This document shows, one piece after another, positions 35,796 to 50,082 of a stretch of DNA of 64,000 nt. The notes beneath the pieces were generated by a model, which did not search any database, was not told the DNA's origin, and worked only from the letters and a program-made list of their open reading frames with translations. The translations under genes and the position numbers were made by a program. The stretch is from an uncultured Gemmatimonadales bacterium (GTDB lineage Bacteria > Gemmatimonadota > Gemmatimonadetes > Gemmatimonadales > GWC2-71-9). The DNA lies in NCBI GenBank assembly GCA_963836815.1, contig CAWILD010000012.1:205990-269989 (forward strand). Reading direction: 5' to 3'. Numbering within the stretch: the first letter of the stretch is position 1; the number at the start of each line of letters is the position of its first letter.

Positions 35796-37151
35796 GCGGC
35801 TCCGGTCCGGCATTCCGATTCCCTCATCCTCTCACGCTGCTCGTCGGCTGCATCCTCCTGGCGGCTGCGCTCACCTGGGTCCTACCCGCCGGACAATTCG
35901 AACGCCGCGAGGATCCGGCCACCGGCCGGAACGTCGTCGTGCCCGGGACCTACGAACGGGTGGAGCCCCGCCCGGTCGGGCCCTTCCAGGCGCTGGTCGG
36001 GATTCCGCGCGGTATGGCTGATGCCGCCGCCGTCGTGTTCTACGTCTTTCTCGTGGGCGCTGCCTTCACGGTGGTCGAGCGGACCGGTGCGCTGGCGCAA
36101 CTGGTCAACTGGCTGGTCGCGAGACTCGCGGGACGCGGCCTCCTCGTGATCCCGATTGCCGGCGTGGCCTTCGGCCTGGGCGGCGTCTTCATCCAGATGC
36201 AGGAGGAGCTGATCGCCTTCGTGCCGGTCCTCCTGCTGCTCACCCAGCGCCTCGGATTCAGCCCCCTCATCGCGGTGGCCATGAGTGCCGGCGCCTCTGC
36301 GATCGGCGCGTCGTTCAGCTTCATCAATCCGTTCCAGGTGGGCATCGCCCAGAAAGTCGCCGAGCTGCCGTTGCTCTCGGGCTGGCAATTCCGGCTCGCC
36401 TTCCTGGTTCCGGCCCTGGCGCTCTGGATCGCGGCGACCATGCTGTATGCCAGACGCACTCGCACTGCGCCCACGCCGACATCCGACGCGCCTACCGCCG
36501 GAGGGACAGGCCGGATGGCGCCAAAGCGCGGTCCTGGTCACGGTGCTCGCGACGTTCGCCGTGTTCATCGTCGGTGTGCTGAAGTACGGCTGGGACTTCG
36601 ATCAGCTGGCCGCCCTCTTCTTCCTGATGGGGGTGGTCGCCGGCCTGCTGGGAGGGCTTCGAATCTCGGGAACGGTGGACGGCTTCGTGGACGGATTTCG
36701 AGGCATCGCGTTCGCCGCGCTGCTCATCGGGTTCGCCCGCGGCATCTACATCGTGCTGGACGAGGGGCGGGTGGTGGACACCATCGTCAACGGACTGTTC
36801 AGTCCGGTCGCCCAGTTGCCGACGACCGTGGCGGCGCTCGGCATGATGGTCGTGCACGCCATCGTGCACGTTCCCGTGCCGAGCACGAGCGGGCAGGCGG
36901 TGCTGACCCTTCCGCTGCTCGTGCCGCTCTCGGATCTCATCGGTCTGTCGCGGCAGGTGACCGTGCTCGCGTACCAGTACGGCGCCGGTCTCTGCGAGAT
37001 TCTCACGCCGACCAACGGGGCCCTCATGGCGATGCTGACGGCGTCCGGCGTCCGGTTCGAGGAATGGCTTCGGTTCGCCGTCCCGATCTTTGGAGTCCTC
37101 TTCGCCCTGGCGGCGGTGGGGCTCGCAGTCGCGGTGGCGGTGGGGATCTAG
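35792..37151 (+). pseudogene. YfcC/DcuC-family (C4-dicarboxylate anaerobic carrier fold) transporter with an apparent +1 frameshift near 36505-36516
   Basis: The N-terminal half is in track ORF 35378..37327 (…FVPVLLLLTQRLGFSPLIAVAMSAGASAIGASFSFINPFQVGIAQ…). The C-terminal half is in ORF 36285..37151 (…TSGQAVLTLPLLVPLSDLIGLSRQVTVLAYQYGAGL…), which matches E. coli YfcC motifs as I recall them. Confidence 0.7.
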
Positions 37152-37610
37152 CCGGCTTTAGCGGTCTCGGGCTGCGCCAGGCCGAGCAGGTTCTCCAGCG
37201 CTTTCAGGTCGGCCACGCCGACGTGCCGCCCGCGTCTCCTTGCCGTTGCGGAACGCGATGGTCGTCGGAATGCCCCGGATGCCGAAGCGGCTCGCCGTTG
37301 CCTGGTTGGCGTCGGTGTCGAGCTTGAGGACGAGCAGGTCGCCGGTTCGCTGTTTCGCCAGGTCGTCCAGTGTCGGCGCCATGACTCGGCAGGGCCCACA
37401 CCAGTCGGCGTAGAAGTCCACAAGGACCGGAACGCTCGCTCCCTGGATGGTGCGGTCGAAGTCGGCATCCGTCACCTTGAGCGGTCGGTCGAGACGGATG
37501 GGCCGGCCGCATTCCCCGCACTTGGGACCAGCGGACAGTCGAGCCAGGTCTACCCGGTTCGCTTTCCCACAAAATTGGCATGTTACGACGACAGGTTTCG
37601 CGGCGCTCAT
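37148..37610 (-). pseudogene. trxC: thioredoxin 2 (N-terminal Zn-finger CxxC-x..-CxxC plus WCGPC) with an apparent +1 frameshift at 37226-37234
   Basis: MSAAKPVVVTCQFCGKANRV...GPKCGECGRPI...FYADWCGPCRVMAP...IPTTIAFRNGKE in ORF 37158..37673. The natural tail GRHVGVADLKALENLLGLAQPETAKAG* is in ORF 37148..37468. The junction is a CCC run. Confidence 0.8.
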
Positions 37611-37780
37611 GGGCCCTCCTATCCGCTTTCCAACAGCGTCCCAGTGTTGCAAGCTATGACGCATCCGCGGCAAGGCAAAGCGGCAAAGCTGCCGGTGATC
37701 GCGTTCACAGAAGGAACCGACTGGTTGGCACTAGTGTTGCATACAGTAGGAAGCAGGTCCTCCCTCAAGGCAGGTGCACG

Positions 37781-38230
37781 ATGAGCGAGCTCACCATCCG
37801 CGATATGGAGCAGGACGGCGATTTCGCCGCCTGGTTCTCCGAGCTCCTCGAGCAGGAAGCGGATTCCACCGGCTGGTCCGATGCCCCCGATGAGCGGTAT
37901 CTGATTCTCAGCAACGAGATTGGCGACTGGATCGGCGGCCTGCGCTACTGGATCCGCGGCGGAGTGGCACATCTGGTGGACGTCGTGGTGCTCCCGAACG
38001 AGCGCCACAAGGGACACGCCCACCGGCTGGTGGCAGCCTTTGAGGATCGCGCGGTAGAGGCCGGGGCGCACGTGGCGGAATTCTGGACCGACGACGACCG
38101 GTCGGAGGGACTGCTCGGGGCCCTGGGCTGGGAGCGTATCTTCCAGCGGGAGAACTATATCGGCCGCCGCACCTGGTCGCTGATGGAGAAGGCTTTGGGC
38201 CCCGCCGCCCCCCTGACCCGCCTGCCCTAA
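37781..38230 (+). CDS. GNAT-family N-acetyltransferase
   Basis: MSELTIRDMEQDGDF...LVDVVVLPNERHKGHAHRLVAAFEDRAVEAGA (acetyl-CoA binding Q/RxxGxG/A-like segment). ATG at 37781 within the track ORF. Confidence 0.7.
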   Translation: MSELTIRDMEQDGDFAAWFSELLEQEADSTGWSDAPDERYLILSNEIGDWIGGLRYWIRGGVAHLVDVVVLPNERHKGHAHRLVAAFEDRAVEAGAHVAEFWTDDDRSEGLLGALGWERIFQRENYIGRRTWSLMEKALGPAAPLTRLP

Positions 38231-38246
38231 CCCGTTGGCGCTGAAC

Positions 38247-38290
38247 GGACCAGCCCCGCTATTATTGGAGGCTGGTCCGGCTTTATTTTC
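38247..38290 (+). terminator. intrinsic terminator after the GNAT gene
   Basis: GGACCAGCC-15 nt-GGCTGGTCC followed by GGCTTTATTTTCC. Confidence 0.6.
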
Positions 38291-38314
38291 CAGGCTTGCC
38301 GCGCAAGGGGATTC

Positions 38315-39293
38315 ATGGGCATCACCACCGATCCGTCCAACGAGCTCGCCGTCAAAGTCGAGGTCCTCAAGGACCTCGAGGAGCGGGTCCGCGAGTTGAT
38401 GGAGGCCCACGAGCGGAAGCGTGATGTGTGGTTTCCGTCCGACCTGTTGGAGCCGGAACCCGACACTTCCCCTGACGAATTTCGCGCCAAGCTCCGGGCC
38501 CAGGCCGAAGGCATTCCGGACCACATCCGCGCCGCCCTCGCCCTCAACCTGCTGACCGAGGAAGGGCTTACCGCACTTTCACCGGCTCCTCGCCGTGTAC
38601 CTCGGAGACGACAGCCACTGGCGTAGCTGGAACAATCTGTGGACGGCGGAGGAGGACCGGCACGGGCAGGTGCTCCACGACTATTGCCGGGACACCCGTC
38701 TCTTCAATCAGCGGAAGGTCGAGGAGATGCAGTTCGAGTACCTTCGGCGCGGGTTCCATCCCGAGTGGGACAAGGACCCGTATCGGGTCTTCGCCTATAC
38801 CACCGTGCAGGAGCGGGCCACCCAGTTCTCCCACAGCGAGACCGGGCGCATCGTCTCGGAGTACGAACCTCGGCTCGGCGAGGTGCTCGCCCACGTCGCC
38901 AAGGACGAGGCCCGGCACTACGCGTTCTACCGCAGCGTCTTCGAGGAGATCCTCAAGCGGGACCCCGATCAGGCCCTCCACTCGGCCTCGTTCATCCTCC
39001 CGGCCATCGACATGCCCGGCATCACGATTCCCGGGTTCAAGGACCTGGCCGAAGTGATCCGGCGTTCGGGGATCTACGGCCCGCGCGACTATCTGAGGAT
39101 CGTGCAGGAGCAGATCCGCTATTGGAAGATCGAGAAGCTCCAGGGACTGGGCGAGCTGGGACGGATCGCCCAGGAAAAGATTCTCGGGATCCCTGCCCGG
39201 TTGAAGCGCATCGCCGAGCACATGGAGACGAGGAGCAAGGCGAAGACGTTCAGTTTCGAGGTCGTGTTCAGCCGCGAATTTGCGATGGAATGA
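38315..39293 (+). pseudogene. soluble acyl-ACP (stearoyl-ACP-type, di-iron) desaturase with an apparent +1 frameshift at 38564-38566
   Basis: ORF 38315..38626 ends in ...ALNLLTEEGL. The continuation PHFHRLLAVYLGDDSHWRSWNNLWTAEEDRHGQVL...QERATQFSH...KDEARHYAFY is in ORF 38595..39293 and carries the two EExxH/DExRH di-iron motifs. A GG>GGG run explains the shift. Confidence 0.85.
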
Positions 39294-39739
39294 GCGGCAC
39301 CGGGCGGTGGCTCGCGCTGGCGCTTGCCGTTCTGGCAGTGGGATGCGGCGCCGACAAGGGGTCGACCCCTGCTCCCCGTGCCTCCGCTTCCGAACTCCCC
39401 ACGGACCGCCGGGACGCGGAGGCACTGGGCCGTGAGGTCTTCGAATTGGTCGACCGTGCCGTGGACTTCCGCGGCTCCCACCGTGGTCGTCCCGCAAAAT
39501 CCCTTCGGCAGATGGGTATCGACAGCCTGACCCCCGCCACGGCCCGCGTGCTCGTCAACGTGGGTCTTCAGCCGGTCGTCACCGTTCAGTACCGCAAGGT
39601 CGCCGGGCGCGAGATCACCTCCTGCCGCGGCGACAGCCAGATTCTCGAGGAGGCCGCGTTGAGCGGCGGGCGATTCACCTTGATGTGCACCAGCCGCTCG
39701 GGCCTCCAGCGGCCGGTCCAGGTCGGCACGGAGCGTTGA
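39290..39739 (+). CDS. hypothetical lipoprotein
   Basis: ATGA overlap with the desaturase stop. MSGTGRWLALALAVLAVGC lipobox. Confidence 0.55.
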   Translation: MSGTGRWLALALAVLAVGCGADKGSTPAPRASASELPTDRRDAEALGREVFELVDRAVDFRGSHRGRPAKSLRQMGIDSLTPATARVLVNVGLQPVVTVQYRKVAGREITSCRGDSQILEEAALSGGRFTLMCTSRSGLQRPVQVGTER

Positions 39740-39743
39740 AACC

Positions 39744-40320
39744 GTGTTTCTCCCCACGCTCGACCTCGCCGCTCGCGCGATCGTCGTTCTGGCGCTCGCC
39801 TATGCCTCGGTGGTCGCGCTCACACACTGGGCGGTTCGCCGGCGGAAGATCGGTCCCTTCGGCCTCTGGCCCCGGCTGGTCCGGCGCGCCAGCGACCCGG
39901 TCCTGCTCCCGCTGGAGCGGCGGGTCATGCGGGCGGGAGGCAGTCCGCAGGACGCGCCGCTCTGGCTGCTCGGTATCGTCATCGCCGGGGGCCTGCTGCT
40001 GCTGAGCCTCACCGGGTGGCTGATCAACACCAGCGGCACGATCGCCGCCATGGCCTATGCCGGGCCGCGGGCCTGGATCAGGGTACTCGTCGGTGGCGGC
40101 CTTCAGTCTGGTGATGATCGCGATCTTCATCCGGGTCATCGCCTCGTGGTTCGGCATCGGCCCCTACCGGCCGTGGATGCGGCCGGTCGTGCTCCTGACC
40201 GACTGGATCATCGAGCCGGTCCGGCGCATCCTGCCGCCGATGGGCATGATCGATTTCAGCCCTATGGTCGCCTGGCTGATTCTGTGGGTCCTGCGCGGCT
40301 TCGTGCTCGGTCTCCTGTGA
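39744..40320 (+). pseudogene. yggT: YggT-family membrane protein with an apparent +1 frameshift at 40080-40082
   Basis: The first YggT repeat is in ORF 39744.. (VVALTHWAVRRRKIGPFGLWPRLVRRASDPVLLPLERRV). The second is in ORF 40057..40320 (IRVIASWFGIGPYRPWMRPVVLLTDWIIEPVRRILPPMGMIDFSPMVAWL). The junction is a GGG run. Confidence 0.7.
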
Positions 40321-40604
40321 TCGAGGCGACCCCTTCCGGCGTGCGGATCCGGCTACGGGTGCAGCCGAGGGCCTCGCGGACCGAGGTGGCGGGCGTGCAC
40401 GGCGATGCGCTGCGCGTGCGGCTGACCGCGGCTCCGGTGGACGGCGCCGCCAACGAGGCGTTGGTCCGGTTTCTGGCGGATCGGCTGGCGGTGGCACGGA
40501 CCGCTGTTCGGCTCGTGGCAGGGGAAGCCGCGCGGACCAAGCTCGTGGCGGTGGATGGGATCGACGCCGCGGAAGCTCGCGCTCGGCTCCTCGTTCAGCA
40601 GTGA
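40317..40604 (+). CDS. yggU: DUF167/YggU-family protein
   Basis: GTGA overlap with yggT. VIEATPSGVRIRLRVQPRASRTEVAGVHGDALRVRLTAAPVDGAANEALVRFLA... Confidence 0.8.
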   Translation: MIEATPSGVRIRLRVQPRASRTEVAGVHGDALRVRLTAAPVDGAANEALVRFLADRLAVARTAVRLVAGEAARTKLVAVDGIDAAEARARLLVQQ

Positions 40605-40669
40605 CAGGGAGTGACGAACCCCTTGCTCAGGGTGGGGATCATCGTAGGTTACTAGTGACGAACAATTGC

Positions 40670-40720
40670 TCCCGTGGCGATTTGCGCTGATTGCGGCCAC
40701 GTAAAACAAGCTGCTAAAAC
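40670..40720 (+). promoter_or_regulatory. candidate riboswitch aptamer in the metH leader (SAM-II/SAM-V-like features; unverified)
   Basis: GUGGC-GAUUUGCGCUGAUUGCG-GCCAC hairpin followed by GUAAAACAAGCUGCUAAAAC. The GAUUU...UUGC loop and the A-rich ...AAGCU...AAAA tail resemble my recollection of the SAM-II H-type pseudoknot consensus. No covariance model was run. Confidence 0.3.
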
Positions 40721-40723
40721 GCT

Positions 40724-40755
40724 CCCCCTGAGGCGTTTTGGCCTCGGGGTTTTTC
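40724..40755 (+). terminator. intrinsic terminator/attenuator 16 nt upstream of the metH start codon
   Basis: CCCCuGAGGC-guuuug-GCCUCGGGG followed by UUUUU, then AGGAGG (40759-40764) and GTG at 40771. Confidence 0.6.
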
Positions 40756-40770
40756 GTAGGAGGTGGTGCC

Positions 40771-46364
<5,594 letters not shown>

Positions 46365-46370
<6 letters not shown>

Positions 46371-47258
46371 CAGCTGGAGCAGGCGGCGGTAACGGGTGTC
46401 CGGCCGCTGGAATCCCAGATTGCTCACGTAGACCTTCTCCACTCCGATCTCCCGCAGTCCCCGCACGGTGCGGGCGCATACCTCTTCCGGTGAGAGCCCC
46501 GCTTCGAAGTCTCGAGTGATTCCCTCCGCGGGGACCGGAAAGAACCGGCCCAGCTGCTCCAGCGTCCTCGGGTTGGCGCTCCGATACATGAAGACCCCGA
46601 ACACCCCGGGATAGGGCACTCCCCGGCGACGGGCCTCGCCGAGGAACGCCTCCACCTCGCCGAGGTGATGGTGGGAGACGATCTGGGTGAGGTAATACTC
46701 GGCCTCGAAGGCCGGATGCAGCAGAAAATCCACCTGCTGTGCCGGGTCCCGCAGCGGATTCACCCACCCGCCGAGGTTGAGCGAGGGCATACGGTCCCGG
46801 ATCCAGCGGCGAAGCTGATAGGCGTGAGGGAATGATCTCGGCGGGCCTCCGGACTGATCGCCGCCCACCACGGTGAGCGCCTCGAAGCCGGCGGACGCCG
46901 CGCGCGCGGCATAGAGCTGGATGTACTCGAGCGGGTGTTTGGCCGTGAGAAACGGGACGATCCTCGCGGGCGCCAGCTCGCCGGCGAGGTTGGCGGTCAG
47001 GTGCGCGAGATTCTCCTCCTCCGATTGGCCGATGGCATTGTCGGTCAGGAAGACGAGGGTATCCTGGCGAGCCAGGCGCCGGAGCGAGTGGTACATGTCG
47101 ATCCAAGCGTCCACGCTTTCAGCGTAGGACATCCCGCTGCGCGGCGGCCGCAGCTCGACAGCCACGAGCGGCCGGTTCTCACGCAGGCGGGCGAGGACGG
47201 AGGTGGCCGGAACATCGGGAAGCGTAGACATGGTTCGCGGCCCAAAGCTAACCGCCAT
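46365..47258 (-). CDS. methylenetetrahydrofolate-reductase-like TIM-barrel protein (divergent)
   Basis: 297 aa: LVAVELRPPRSG..., VVGGDQSGGPP, YLTQIVSHH. The spacing of these motifs is MetF-like. The assignment is tentative. Convergent 6-nt overlap with the previous gene. Confidence 0.55.
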
Positions 47259-47345
47259 GGGGTCCGAGATTGAAACCGGTCGCGGGCAGAGGGTATAATC
47301 ACGGCACCCGAGAGCCTCGCCGACCCCATCCGGAGCCCCTCCCCG

Positions 47346-48509
47346 ATGCAGGACCTCCGTGCCAACGCTGCTGCCCTGACGTCACTTTCTGAAGAAGAAA
47401 CCATGTTCCGCGACGCCGTCCGGGAGTTCGCCGAGAGCGAAGTCCGGCCGCACGTCCAGGACATGGACGAGGCAGCCCAGTTTCGCCAGGACCTCATCCC
47501 CCGGTTCTTCGAGCTCGGCCTGATGGGCGTGGAGATCCCCGAGGCGTACGGCGGCGGCGGCGGCGGGATCTTCCTGGCGGTGCTCGCGATCGAGGAGCTG
47601 GCGCGCGTGGATGCCTCTGCGGCCATCTACGTGGACGTGCACAACACCCTGGTCAACAACGCGCTTCTGCGGTGGGGCAACGCGGAGCAGCATGCGCGCT
47701 ACTTCCCCAAGCTCACCAGCGGTCTGCTTGGAGCTTTCGCGCTTTCGGAACCCGGCAGCGGCAGCGATGCGTTCGCGCTCGAGACTCGGGCACAGCAGAA
47801 GGACGGCGGCTGGGAGCTCACAGGACGGAAGTTCTGGATCACCAACGGCGCCGAGGCTGGTCTCTTCATCGTCTTCGCCAACGCCGACCCGTCGAAGGGG
47901 TACAAGGGAATCACCGGCTTTCTCGTGGAGCGGGGTTTCCCCGGCTTCCAAGTAGGTAAGAAGGAGAACAAGCTCGGGATCCGCGCCTCCAGCACGACGG
48001 AGCTGATTCTGGAGCAGTGCCGGGTGCCTCAGGAGAACGTCCTCGGACCGGTCGGCCAGGGATACAAGATCGCCATCGAGACCCTCAACGAGGGCCGCAT
48101 CGGTATCGGGGCGCAGATGATCGGCATCGCGCGTGGAGCGCTGGAGGCCGCCACCGCCTACGTGAAGGAGCGGAGGCAGTTCGGTAAGGCGATCGCGGAC
48201 TTCCAGGGCGTGCAGTTCCAGCTCGCCCAGATGGCCACCGATCTCGAGGCCGCGAGACTGATGGTCTACAACGCCGCCCGGCTCAAGGACGCCGGCCAAC
48301 CGTTCCAGCAGCAGGCAGCGATGGCCAAGCTGTTCAGCTCGCAGGTCGCCGATCGAACGACCTCGAACTGCCTCGAGCTGTTCGGCGGCTACGGCTATTC
48401 GAAGGAATATCCGGCTGAGAAGTACTACCGTGACGCGAAGATCGGCACGATCTACGAAGGCACCAGCAACATGCAGCTGCAGACGATCGCTAAGGGAATG
48501 CTGAAGTAG
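47346..48509 (+). CDS. acyl-CoA dehydrogenase (short/branched-chain type)
   Basis: 387 aa: GAFALSEPGSGSDA, FWITNG, QFGKAIADFQGVQFQLA, IYEGTSNMQ. Confidence 0.95.
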   Translation: MQDLRANAAALTSLSEEETMFRDAVREFAESEVRPHVQDMDEAAQFRQDLIPRFFELGLMGVEIPEAYGGGGGGIFLAVLAIEELARVDASAAIYVDVHNTLVNNALLRWGNAEQHARYFPKLTSGLLGAFALSEPGSGSDAFALETRAQQKDGGWELTGRKFWITNGAEAGLFIVFANADPSKGYKGITGFLVERGFPGFQVGKKENKLGIRASSTTELILEQCRVPQENVLGPVGQGYKIAIETLNEGRIGIGAQMIGIARGALEAATAYVKERRQFGKAIADFQGVQFQLAQMATDLEAARLMVYNAARLKDAGQPFQQQAAMAKLFSSQVADRTTSNCLELFGGYGYSKEYPAEKYYRDAKIGTIYEGTSNMQLQTIAKGMLK

Positions 48510-49404
48510 CGTCCGGGAGGACCACCCGGTCCACCCCCTGCAGAACGCCGTTCCGGGCCAAGAGGTCCGGTTGCACCAGGCGGGCCGGCCCCGCGCGCAC
48601 CACGCCGTTGCTCTGCGAGAACCGGACGACGGTCCCGCCTCTCGACCGCAGCTCCCGTGCTTTCACCAAGTCCCGACTCTTCAGGCTTCCATTGAACACC
48701 AACGTCCCGAGCCAGGCGTCGCGCAACTTGGGGTCGGTTCGAAGCCGGACGAGGTCGGACTCGGGTAGCCTGGCGAACGCGCTGTCAGTCGGGGCCAGCA
48801 GGGTGACGGGAGTAGTGTCGGCCAGCATGCGGCGGACCGTCGATTGACCTACCAGCTTGAGAAACGTCCGGTAGCCACCCGTCATCGCCGCGGTACTTAG
48901 AAGGTCGGGAAACTCGGCGCGATGCAGACCGCCGCCGCGACGCGCGTCCATCCGAGCGGTCAGGCTGGTGTCGCCGTCGCCGGGCTCGTCCACGGGTTGG
49001 AGCGCATTCTTCTTGCGGCTCGTATCGGTAACGCTAGAATCCACCCGCGCCAGCGAGTCCACCTGCCTCAGCGAGTCCACCCGCGCCAGCGAATCCACGC
49101 GTCCCAGCGAATCTGGCCGTCCCAGCGAATCCACCCGCCCCAGCGAACATCCTGGCCGCGCCAACGGACCAGCCGCGGCACCCAGGCGGGTCGTGTCGGT
49201 CAGGCTATCACGGACGCCGCTCGAGTTCGGGGTACCCTTGCGGAGAGAATCCCCGGCTGGGGCCGGCCGTCTCGCTGTGTCCGAAGGCACGATCGCGCGG
49301 TAAATGCCGACTGCCGCGGCCGCGCTATCCACCACTTGTGCCGACGCGACCCCCCATCCGGCCACCATCGCCACGACCGCGCCGCACATAGCTCGCCAAC
49401 TCAT
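48490..49404 (-). CDS. secreted fasciclin (FAS1)-domain protein with an N-terminal hexapeptide-repeat linker
   Basis: Signal MSWRAMCGAVVAMVAGWGVASAQ, a repeat region (RVDSLG)n, and a C-terminal FAS1 domain (TLLAPTDSAFARLP...NGVLQGVDRVVLP). Confidence 0.8.
   Translation of the reverse strand: MSWRAMCGAVVAMVAGWGVASAQVVDSAAAAVGIYRAIVPSDTARRPAPAGDSLRKGTPNSSGVRDSLTDTTRLGAAAGPLARPGCSLGRVDSLGRPDSLGRVDSLARVDSLRQVDSLARVDSSVTDTSRKKNALQPVDEPGDGDTSLTARMDARRGGGLHRAEFPDLLSTAAMTGGYRTFLKLVGQSTVRRMLADTTPVTLLAPTDSAFARLPESDLVRLRTDPKLRDAWLGTLVFNGSLKSRDLVKARELRSRGGTVVRFSQSNGVVRAGPARLVQPDLLARNGVLQGVDRVVLPDATSAFP
49037..49144. repeat. six tandem 18-bp units (consensus GARTCCACCCGCGCCAGC) inside the fasciclin gene
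   Basis: The units start at 49037, 49055, 49073, 49091, 49109 and 49127, with 2-5 substitutions each. On the minus strand they encode (R/Q)(V/P)DSL(G/A/R). Confidence 0.85.
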
Positions 49405-49476
49405 GTGCCCTCCGGTGGGAAACACAGCGGGGGCGCCAAGGCGCCCCCGCGTCATGCCATCAGGACGAGCGAGACG

Positions 49477-49824
49477 TCAGCGTCCGGCTGAATCCGCCTG
49501 CATCCCGCTGGAATCGATGCCGGTCCCAGGCTGCTGCTGCTGGCCACTCGTGTCTGGGTGTTCAAGTCCGCCATACCCCTGTGTATCGGCAGGAGCGCCC
49601 GTGCCCTGCTCGTTCAGGAACGTGTCCACCTGGGCTGACGTACTGTCATGCTTCATGGTCGTATCCCGCTCCATCCCGCTGTAGCCGGGAGGAGGGGCCT
49701 GGGTCGTTGTCGTATCCTGCGCGGCGGCGGTCCCTTCGTCAACCTTCTCCGTGTTTTTCGCGCACGCCAGCGCGCCCGCCATCAGGCAGACCACCGCCAA
49801 CCGCGTCGAAGTCCCGATGCTCAT
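49477..49824 (-). CDS. hypothetical low-complexity lipoprotein
   Basis: MSIGTSTRLAVVCLMAGALAC lipobox followed by a Thr/Gln/Gly-rich sequence. Confidence 0.55.
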   Translation of the reverse strand: MSIGTSTRLAVVCLMAGALACAKNTEKVDEGTAAAQDTTTTQAPPPGYSGMERDTTMKHDSTSAQVDTFLNEQGTGAPADTQGYGGLEHPDTSGQQQQPGTGIDSSGMQADSAGR

Positions 49825-50082
49825 TCGACCTCCCGGATCGCCCTGTACTCAATGAACTGGCCGCCAAGGCCCCGCCCTCTTCTGGATCGAACCTATCCGG
49901 CCAAGCGCAGAAGGAGCCGTGACTTGTGTCACCCGCACCGGGTCGGCCCAAGGCCCGGGACTTGCTACTTGATGGGCCGGGGTGCCATTCCCTGCGCAGC
50001 GGCGGACCGATTGAGGGCGCCCCGCAACGCGCCATAACGATCTGACCGGCACGGTTTTAGGGCTTGACACCAGGCCCGGCCG

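Noticed and set aside
40605-40770. Cobalamin riboswitch upstream of metH
   Set aside because: The leader is too short (about 165 nt), and I find no B12-box-like GCCACUG/AGYCMGG...GCC core. Cobalamin riboswitches also usually control metE or btuB rather than metH.
49037-49144. Tandem repeats as a possible CRISPR or other non-coding array
   Set aside because: The units are contiguous with no spacers, are 18 bp long (a multiple of three), and lie in frame within a continuous ORF from the signal peptide to the FAS1 domain.
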